Source of the DNA: Candidatus Poribacteria bacterium
Lineage (GTDB): Bacteria > Poribacteria > WGA-4E > WGA-3G
Length of the DNA: 64,000 nt
Reading direction: 5' to 3'
Assembly: GCA_965205025.1 (NCBI GenBank)
Contig: CBDBFU010000007.1
Location: 32,001-96,000, forward strand
The notes under the pieces were generated by a model. It was not told the origin of the DNA and searched no databases. It was given only the letters and a program-made list of their open reading frames with translations. Made by a program: the position numbers and the translations under genes. This document shows, piece after piece, positions 11,912 to 19,732 of the stretch. Each line of letters starts with the position of its first letter. Positions within the stretch are counted from its first letter, which is position 1.

Positions 11912-13228
11912 TTATAATTCAGACTCTATAAAAATATTTGCAAAAAAAGAATTAGTGCTTCCTTTTTCATTAATGAAAGTGTTGCCAATTGCTCTCAACT
12001 GAAATATTGTGCCTTTGTCAAAATAGTGTGTTATTCTTCCAGTTTTACCACTCGGAATGCCTGATGCGGTAGCAACTATGCTACTTTGTACTCCTTCCTT
12101 AGAGCGTTCGGCTTTGCCATCAAATAGGGAAAATGATCCAGAAGCATTTGCGCTACCTACCCAGATTTCAATGGTAAGGGTGCCACCATCCTTGTAGGCT
12201 GTCGTATCAATTTGAACAATAGTGTAATCATTAGAATCTGCGTTTGGCGTTCGGAATATTCCTAAAACATTTTTTGACGACTCCTCGCTGTTGAGTACTA
12301 CATTTTCAATTGGATCAATGGACGATATGCTATCTGATTCTGTAGTAGCCCCATTGCTCTTACCAGTGACATCAGAATGTCCTACTCGCTTTCTCACATC
12401 CATTTTTGATGGCACATTCAGAACTGCGGGTACATCAACAATAGCAACAGTCTTTTCTGATATTGCATCATAATCATACGGTTCTTGGAAATGGGTTAAG
12501 TATTGATTACCTATCCCATACATCAAGGTCATAACAACAAAGATTGAAGCGGCGATTATCCACGGAACAATAGGTTTATTTTCAGGGGTAATAGAAGGTT
12601 TTATTCGACAAACCTCTTGGAGAATATTCTTTGTTAGATTTGGCGAGATTTTAAAATGTTCTAATGCTTCCCTAATTATTAATTCATTTTTCTTTAAACG
12701 TTGTCGACCACGTCGGAGACGACTCTTAACAGTGCTTAGTGATACACCTAACATTTTACTAATTTCTGCACATGTCATTTCTCCTAAATAATGAAGCGTC
12801 ATCACAGTCCGTTCACTCTCCTGCAACTTTGATAGTAGTGTCTTTACTACTTCACGTTGAGAGTTGACAGTAGCTTTTTCCTTATCCTCTGCTACATATC
12901 TGGAATAAGCATCATTTTCTATCAAGTCATTGACCTTGTCATCTAACACCTCGGTTTGTAGATGGTTTTTTCGTAACCAGGCAAGACAACACCGTGAAGT
13001 AACAACATAAAGCCATCCAAGAAACTGTTTTGGATCTTTAAGAGTTGACAACTTCTGATATACTCTCAAAAATGTATCTTGAGTAATATCCTCAGCAATA
13101 TGGAAGTCCCCTATTTTCCGCCATGCAATTGCATGAACATGCTTTTGATATCTTTCAACTAAGGTGGAAAAAGCAGTGTCATCACCTTCAAGGATACGGT
13201 GAATTAATACTACATCGTCGTTTTCCAT
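11912..13228 (-). CDS. ECF sigma-70 factor with transmembrane helix and a C-terminal domain shared with the SelN-like proteins
   Basis: Region 2 AEDITQDTFLRVY..FLGWLY; region 4 EISKMLGVSLSTVKSRLRRGR; hydrophobic WIIAASIFVVMTLMYGI; C-terminal FRTP..DYT..IDTT..GGTLTI domain; start at ATG 13228 after GAGG. Confidence 0.88.
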   Translation of the reverse strand: MENDDVVLIHRILEGDDTAFSTLVERYQKHVHAIAWRKIGDFHIAEDITQDTFLRVYQKLSTLKDPKQFLGWLYVVTSRCCLAWLRKNHLQTEVLDDKVNDLIENDAYSRYVAEDKEKATVNSQREVVKTLLSKLQESERTVMTLHYLGEMTCAEISKMLGVSLSTVKSRLRRGRQRLKKNELIIREALEHFKISPNLTKNILQEVCRIKPSITPENKPIVPWIIAASIFVVMTLMYGIGNQYLTHFQEPYDYDAISEKTVAIVDVPAVLNVPSKMDVRKRVGHSDVTGKSNGATTESDSISSIDPIENVVLNSEESSKNVLGIFRTPNADSNDYTIVQIDTTAYKDGGTLTIEIWVGSANASGSFSLFDGKAERSKEGVQSSIVATASGIPSGKTGRITHYFDKGTIFQLRAIGNTFINEKGSTNSFFANIFIESEL

Positions 13229-13314
13229 TAGATACCTCAATGAAGACTTCCCATTACTCATGCAAGTCAGATACATTTTGTATGAAAGAACATGCTAACA
13301 ACCTGAACCTTTCT

Positions 13315-14964
13315 CTATCTACTTTGTTCTATTGATATTGTTAGTAGAAATGCATTCATGCTTCCTTCATCACTAAACCAATTACCCGTAGCCCCGAGTT
13401 TAAAGACTTGACCTTTCTTAAATTTATACCTGATGATTTTACTATTACCGGGTGATATGTCCCATGCGTTGACGAGTGCGTCTCTTGGAACCCCTTCCGT
13501 GGGAATCTTTGTCTGATTATCAAACAGATCAAATGAACCACTTGCTTCAGCACTCCCGACCGAGATATCAATAGAAAGTATACCGCCGTTAATAAAGGCA
13601 GTGGTGTCCAATTTCAATGACAGTATAATCTTGATGACCCCTTTTTGGTGTTCGAAAAACGTTGAGGATTTGTTGTTGAGATTTCTCTGCAGTGAGTTTA
13701 ACTTTTTGCCCTTTCACTATTGCAGGATCTAAGTTATCTATCACTTCAACATCTAACCCTGGGTATTCCCCTGCTAATGCCTCTTGTAAAAACACGAAGT
13801 AATCCCGTCCCCAGTTTGATGATGGAAATTCATTGACCGGTTGTCTCCCCATAACTTCAAGATCTGTTGAGATTACTAAAGAGTCTGCTGGTGAACGCTC
13901 TTTCCAACCTTTGATGACGGCTTGAATTAATGGGTCATTTTTGTCTAATTTACGAAATCCCTCTTCCTGTCTTTTCGTGATATAAGCGTGCATTACTGAT
14001 GTGCGTCCTAATTCTATATTTGATACCCAAGTATTAATAAACTTATCGTTCAATAATTGTATATTCCGTTTATTAGAGAGGGCAACTGGCCCTCAAGGCT
14101 TTGCCACTTCCTCAGCAGGCTTCGTCATTCATCGGACCATCTATTGAGATAACATGGATCGGTTTATCTTGTTTCTTGTGCCAACCTTAACGCATCATCA
14201 AGAGGAACCCAATTAATTTGGTAAAAACTATAAAAACGATGTGCAAGAGTCATCTCTGCTGCCTGTTGTGTAATGGATTCTTCGAATTGGATATTCTCCA
14301 AAATATATCTTGTGTCCCACTACGGAGTTCCATTTGTGTACAGACACCAGAATCTATTATACTATAATCCCTATCTTTATATTTTTTCCATCCAACATCA
14401 AAGTTAATTACCCCATCAGGGACATACATATTGAAGAACACTACCTTTTTTTCCATGCGATCAAGTATGAGATGTCCCTTAAACTGTGATGGCGTGAACC
14501 GACCGTCTTTTAACTCAAACTCTGCATGAATTCGAAACACGATGTCAGCATATTTATCGTTATAGGCACGTAGACATGCCAACAATCCATAGGAATCTCC
14601 GGAGTCAATGTGCATAGAATACTTTGGTTTTTGGGAGGAGTTGTTGCAATAATGGGAGTATTCCTTCCGCATTTATTTTCCACAGTTCACCAACTGAAAC
14701 CGGTTTGTCTGGCAGAAAAGCCTGAAAAACCGTTGTTGGATGCTGTTTTTCCGGTTCGTTTTCCCGTAGATTTGCTAATGCATCCCACTCCAAATGGAAA
14801 TTGTTTATAGTTATCTCAATCGGAGCAATGAATGCGTTGACTGATATCTGTGATGTATCTTCAATAGTAAGCAATACTTTTTCTCCGTTCACTAAACTGT
14901 CATCTGCGAAAATATGGCAGTTGATTAAAATCAAAATAGAACAATACAAAATTACGATTTTCAT
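13315..14964 (-). CDS. Selenoprotein N-like protein, copy 4, with signal peptide; about five frameshifts (errors or pseudogene)
   Basis: Fragments 14605-14964, 14250-14672, 13589-14053 and 13315-13617 tile a full copy; DGPMNDEAC-TGA(14112-14114)-GSGKALRA read directly; N-terminus MKIVILYCSILILINCHIFA. Confidence 0.75.
14078..14094 (-). promoter_or_regulatory. Candidate bacterial SECIS apical hairpin, copy 4
   Basis: GAGGGC-CAGUU-GCCCUC starting 17 nt after the UGA; the loop carries the extra base that shifts the frame. Confidence 0.6.
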
Positions 14965-15026
14965 TTCAAGAATCCTTTCTATTTGTGTATTTATAGTAAA
15001 CTTTAGATTTAATTAGACACTTTACT

Positions 15027-15070
15027 TGTAGGAGCGACCTCCTGGTCGCGACCGGGAGGTCGCTCCTACA
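15027..15070. repeat. GTAG-type REP palindrome (44 bp)
   Basis: TGTAGGAGCGACCTCCTGGTC-GC-GACCGGGAGGTCGCTCCTACA, near-perfect inverted repeat. Confidence 0.75.
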
Positions 15071-15463
15071 GAAGAGGTGTGGGACGCGAACGTAAGTTGA
15101 TCCAATAGAAAATGTAGTATTCATTTTATTGTTTACTATAATACACAATGAATTTACTGCTATCAACAGTATTTCTACACATAGAAACTCGGACATTATT
15201 GTTATGGCAAATATTTTTGTATACTTTTATTTAGGTCATACGATCACTCACAAGTTAGTCAACGAGAAATAAAAAATGACAACCTAAAAGAAATCATGCA
15301 ACATTTCCTAATTGAACAATATAGTGACGCGTGTAATGTATAAAACGGTTGCGTAATTCTGCATATTCTTGATGAAATAATCGAGATATAATCATTAAAA
15401 TAACATACTCAGATATAGTAATTATGATTTTACCTGTCTAAAATATGTAGGTGACAACTTGGT

Positions 15464-17126
15464 TTATTCTACAGATATTCTTGCTTGAAATGCATTGACA
15501 GAATCTTTACTATCCTTTATTTCCGAGGCTGCTAATGCAAACCTGAAATGTTGGCTACGGTAGAATGGGTACGAAATTTTCGCTGTTCCATTTTGAGGGA
15601 CATCTGTTGCATTTGCAATGGATTGATCGTATCGTTGTCCTCGTTTTTGTGGGAATTGAATGTCTCCTTCGTATAAATAGCAGGAAGTAATGAATTCTGC
15701 ACTTCCAAACCGTATATCAATGTTAAGTGTGCCACCATTTTCGAATGCGGTGGCATCAATATTTACAATAGTGGACTCCTGAAAACCTGCCTTGGGAGTT
15801 CTTACAACATCTACCACTTCTAATGTGGATTGTTCGGAATTGAGAACTACATCTAAACCAGTTATGTAAGGTATTAATGGATTTTTTTGTTCATTTGTAT
15901 CTTCCACATCTTCTAACAGATAAGCGAATGAATTGTCAGTATTGAATCCAGGTAATTTTCTTTCTAATGACTCAATGAGAAAGAGACGGTAGTTTTCTGC
16001 TCTTGTTCTACCCCCATCCCAATCGTGTCCATCGTAAAGATATTTGTTCAAGGGTAGTTTACCTATCACTTCAAAATCAGGTGATATAACAAGGCAATCA
16101 ACAGGAGATCTCTCATGCCAACCCTCTTTAATTGCTTGTGCTAAAGCATGATTCGTATCAAACGTTTTTTCCTTGTCCGCATATCTTTTAGCGATGTATT
16201 CCCGGGAACTCGGTTTCCGTCCTGCTTCAAAATTGGATACCCATGTGTTGATGAAGTTATCGTTTAGAAATTTAATGACACGTTCATTTCCGAGGACACC
16301 TGCCCTCAAGTCTTTTCCGCTCCCTCAGCAGGCTTCATCAGTAAGTGGTCCATCAAGTGAAATAGCATGAACAGGTTTCTGTTGCTTTGGTGCTAATTCA
16401 AGTGCTTCTTCTAACGAAACCCAGTTAATCTGTTGTGAATCATAGAATTTCAGAATTAGGTTGTGTTCTGCTTCCTCTTGACTAATGGCTTGTGTGTATT
16501 TGACACCATTTAAGACCTCTTCTGAACCTGTCCATAGTTCCATTCTTGAGCAGTAACCACAGTCAGTGATCCACCGTGGTTTATCCCAGTCATCTAATAT
16601 AGTTTCCCAATGTACATCGAAGTTTAATGTGCCTTCCGGTACACCCATTTGAAAGTATGATACAGATTCTTGTGTGCGGTCAATTACAAGGAGTCCAGCA
16701 AACTGTGAAGGTGTAAACCAACCATCAGTGAGTGCGAATTCAGCATGAATCCGGAATACAATATGAGCGAGTTGATTGTTGTATGCCCGTAAACATGCGC
16801 GGAGACCTTTTGCTTCCTCTATACCGTACATTTCTACACGCATTTCTAAAGATGGATTAGGATGGAGTTGTTTTAACAGTCTTGTTGCCGTGCCTTGTTT
16901 TATGTCCCAGCATTCACCCACTGCGACAGATTCAGGTGGGAGAAAGTCATGAAAATCGGAATGAGAATACTGACTTTCTGGTTCTGCGGTTTGCCAATTT
17001 GCTAATGCATCCCATTTTTTCGTGAAAGTTTCCAGCAGTATGTTGGATTGGTGCTATTGTTGCATTTACGGTGATTTCTGTTTTACTGTTTATGTTTAAG
17101 TTAATTTTATCTGTATGTGTATTCAT
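15464..17126 (-). CDS. Selenoprotein N-like protein, copy 5 (about 553 aa with Sec); +1 homopolymer frameshift at 17015-17020
   Basis: In-frame TGA 16325-16327: DGPLTDEAC-U-GSGKDLRAGVLGNERVIKFLNDNFINTW; N-terminus MNTHTDKINLN..TIAPI..NFHEKWDALAN restored by removing one base. Confidence 0.85.
16292..16307 (-). promoter_or_regulatory. Candidate bacterial SECIS apical hairpin, copy 5
   Basis: GAGGGC-AGGU-GUCCUC starting 17 nt after the UGA. Confidence 0.75.
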
Positions 17127-17148
17127 CTGATTTCTCTAATTTATCTAA

Positions 17149-17267
17149 TTATACCATTTCTATAAATTATTGTCTCATTAGGCGGTGATTATGGTAGTCA
17201 TTTTTCAGGTCACAAACTGGAAGTTTGTGGTACAAAAAAGAGACATTTTCAATTAGAAATGGTTTAA
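17149..17267. mobile_element. MITE-like element, family A
   Basis: TTATACCATTTCT...AGAAATGGTTTAA ends and internal CACAAACTGGAAGTTTGTG hairpin. Confidence 0.65.
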
Positions 17268-17452
17268 GTACGTGTGATTGGGTTTCTTCAACAGAGAGAA
17301 AAAATTATAATCCTCTTATACACATTTATGGATGCACTTTGGTGTTCTTATGGGTGTAAAATGCAATAAGATAATAGTCTAAAAATTGGTATATCTGTAA
17401 GAAGGAAGAGTTTCAGGTTTGTGACCTGTATGTCGCTCCTACAGAAAGCTGG

Positions 17453-18160
17453 TTACGATTCAGATTCAACCAAATCAGGTAAAATGTTGGATAGTTCTGA
17501 GATTTCATCGATTGTAGTACCGTTCCAATTTTCAACATCTGATCGATGTGGGTCATAGGCATCTGATAAGTCTGTGCGTTTTAAAATTGGAAGCATTCCA
17601 ACGTTTGATGCGCCAGTAAGTTCTTCACTACTTCCATCACCGACATAGATACATTCTTCTGGTTTCACGTTTAGTCGCTCACATGTTATTTCGTATATGC
17701 GGGGTGATGGTTTCTTTATGTGTTCATCACAAGAGAAGACTGGAATGTCGATGTATTTTGCTAAAGGGGAATCCATATAAAGCATGGGGACAGATTTGTT
17801 ACAGTTTGTAATTAATCCGAGAAGAAAACCCTTACATTTTAGTTGATCTAACCCTTGTAACACTTCAGATTTAGGGATTAGGGAATTCCTTGTAAATTCA
17901 TTATTGATTGCAAATATTTCTTCAATTTGGGTTTTATTGACTGAGACATTTAAGCGACGACCAATCTCTTTGATGTGGTCTTCCGCAGAGAGATTTCCTA
18001 AAGATCTGTCATTGATGGTTTCTGCCTTTATCTTCCAAAATTTCTGATATGGAACATTAAGTATTTTTGCCATTTTAACTAATACGGGGTCATATACTTT
18101 TCTACTGAAGATTGGGACTAAAGTGCCGTATAGATCGAATATGATGGCTTTGTATTTCAT
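17453..18160 (-). CDS. HAD-superfamily hydrolase
   Basis: FDLYGTL motif I, KKP motif and YVGDGSSEEL motif IV. Confidence 0.85.
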   Translation of the reverse strand: MKYKAIIFDLYGTLVPIFSRKVYDPVLVKMAKILNVPYQKFWKIKAETINDRSLGNLSAEDHIKEIGRRLNVSVNKTQIEEIFAINNEFTRNSLIPKSEVLQGLDQLKCKGFLLGLITNCNKSVPMLYMDSPLAKYIDIPVFSCDEHIKKPSPRIYEITCERLNVKPEECIYVGDGSSEELTGASNVGMLPILKRTDLSDAYDPHRSDVENWNGTTIDEISELSNILPDLVESES

Positions 18161-18350
18161 TAATGTAGAATAGTGTTAATATTTATTGTTCTGAGATGAT
18201 TGTACTTTCACGGAAACCTTCACGGAGCAATTTTACGAACCCTTATTCTATCAGGGTTTATAATTTTAAGTATACCTATTTTCCGTGAATCACACACGTT
18301 AATATGAATATAACTTAAGTGTGAATGAGATGCATCTTTGGTTTCATCTG

Positions 18351-18464
18351 ATACCATTTCTATAAATGTCTGTTCCATGAACAGTTGTTATACGGTGCTT
18401 GAAATACTGCACAAACTGGAAGTTTGTGCTACATTTAAGAGACCTTAATTATAAGAAATAGTAT
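18351..18464. mobile_element. MITE-like element, family A
   Basis: ATACCATTTCT...AGAAATAGTAT ends, same internal REP hairpin. Confidence 0.65.
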
Positions 18465-19146
18465 GACTCTGAAGTCTGAATGTTTTCAAGTTTTTCAAGT
18501 TTTTTTTAGTTTTTCAAGTTTTTTTAGTCGCTTTTTCAGAATTTTCTTTCTAAACAGTGCCTAAACCCTGTGGTAGACAGGGAGTATAAAGAATTCGATT
18601 GATCGGTGAAAAATTTCAAAATTTGAAAAACTTGAAAAATTTGCTGTGTAATTCACTTTATATTCCTCTATATTCCTTTCTTGAACTTTGTCTGTATATG
18701 TATTGATAACATTCTTCAATAACTGATAATTCTGAAGGTTGAAAGTGGAATAAAAACATGGGGTTTATCTTAATTTTCAGCGGTTGAATCAAGTTAATGT
18801 TGGAAACAATCTTAGAATAGAAAATATGAAAAAAGTTACACTTTTTGTCACATGGTGTGACATTGAAATTGGGGTAAAAAACGGCTATAAACCCTGTTAT
18901 AGACTGATACCACGGCAATTTAAAAAAGTAATTAAGAATTTCTAAAAATGTCATTTTTTCTCTTGTTTGCTTTATTTCATTTGGAGACTCCATGTTCGCA
19001 AATAGCGGTATATTCTTAGATGTATTTGTTGTTTGGTTATGGTAATAAATTCTATGTAATGTTTGTGTTTTAGTTTTTAAACTATTCATACGAAATTCCT
19101 ATTATACTCTTTTTAGTGTGGGTATACCTTAAATGAACGATGTAGT

Positions 19147-19175
19147 ATTATACGATATTTTTCTTATTTTGGCAA
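19147..19175 (-). promoter_or_regulatory. Sigma70-type promoter
   Basis: TTGCCA-17 bp-TATAAT on the minus strand; conserved in the related element at 35665-35693. Confidence 0.55.
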
Positions 19176-19288
19176 CCTTTTTTGTGTTAATTCTATATGT
19201 GAGTATGATTTATGTATGTTAGTTGATTAATACTTGTTAATTCTTCAATTTATTTTTTCTATCGGTTGGTGGTTTTTAGTTAATTTTT

Positions 19289-19597
19289 CTGAATCGCAGA
19301 TTACACGGATTGGGTGGTGAAGAGGATTTTGATAGGAGACATTTTTCTTTTTCTGAATCGCGGATTACACGGATTACGCGGATTTCACGGAAGGGGTTAC
19401 TGTGTATTCTGAATGTTTGTGTAGTATATGTGTTCTTGTCTGAACCGCGGATTACGTGGATTTTTGTCTGAATCGCGGATTACACGGATTACGCGGATTT
19501 CACGGAAGGGGTTACTGTGTATACTGAATGTTTTGGGAAGTATAGGTGTTCTTGTTTGAAACGCGGATTACACGGATTGTTGTCTGAATCGCGGATT
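19289..19597. repeat. Tandem repeat (about 115-bp period) built from CTGAATCGCGGATTACACGGATT units
   Basis: Units start at 19352, 19467 and 19583; 9-mer ACACGGATT/ACGCGGATT subrepeats; another copy near 31731-31761. Confidence 0.75.
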
Positions 19598-19732
19598 GTT
19601 GACAATACCGTATATTTTCACTCAATAAAATCGTTTTTTCTCTGGAACGTCGCTTTCAACCATTTTAAAATGTTCTACAGTATAGTCAGTATAAATCGTT
19701 AATGTGTTCGTCAAAGAAGTTGCGGTTAATGT

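Noticed and set aside
7059-16921. Repeated two-gene modules (upstream ORF ending DE[S/A]C, downstream ORF starting MRAGVL)
   Set aside because: The apparent TTG starts lie exactly five codons after the TGA in the same frame, and the intervening codons conserve [G/A]SGK, matching the continuous SelN motif.
7059-17126. Global reassignment of UGA (genetic code 4 or 25) as the reason for the in-frame TGAs
   Set aside because: Trp is encoded by TGG, and conserved genes such as jag, yidC and leuD end at TGA at the expected length; read-through is seen only at redox-motif positions.
18658-19089. 143-aa ORF as a full protein
   Set aside because: Low-complexity AT-rich translation running through palindromic DNA motifs; only the last ~33 codons show similarity to another locus.
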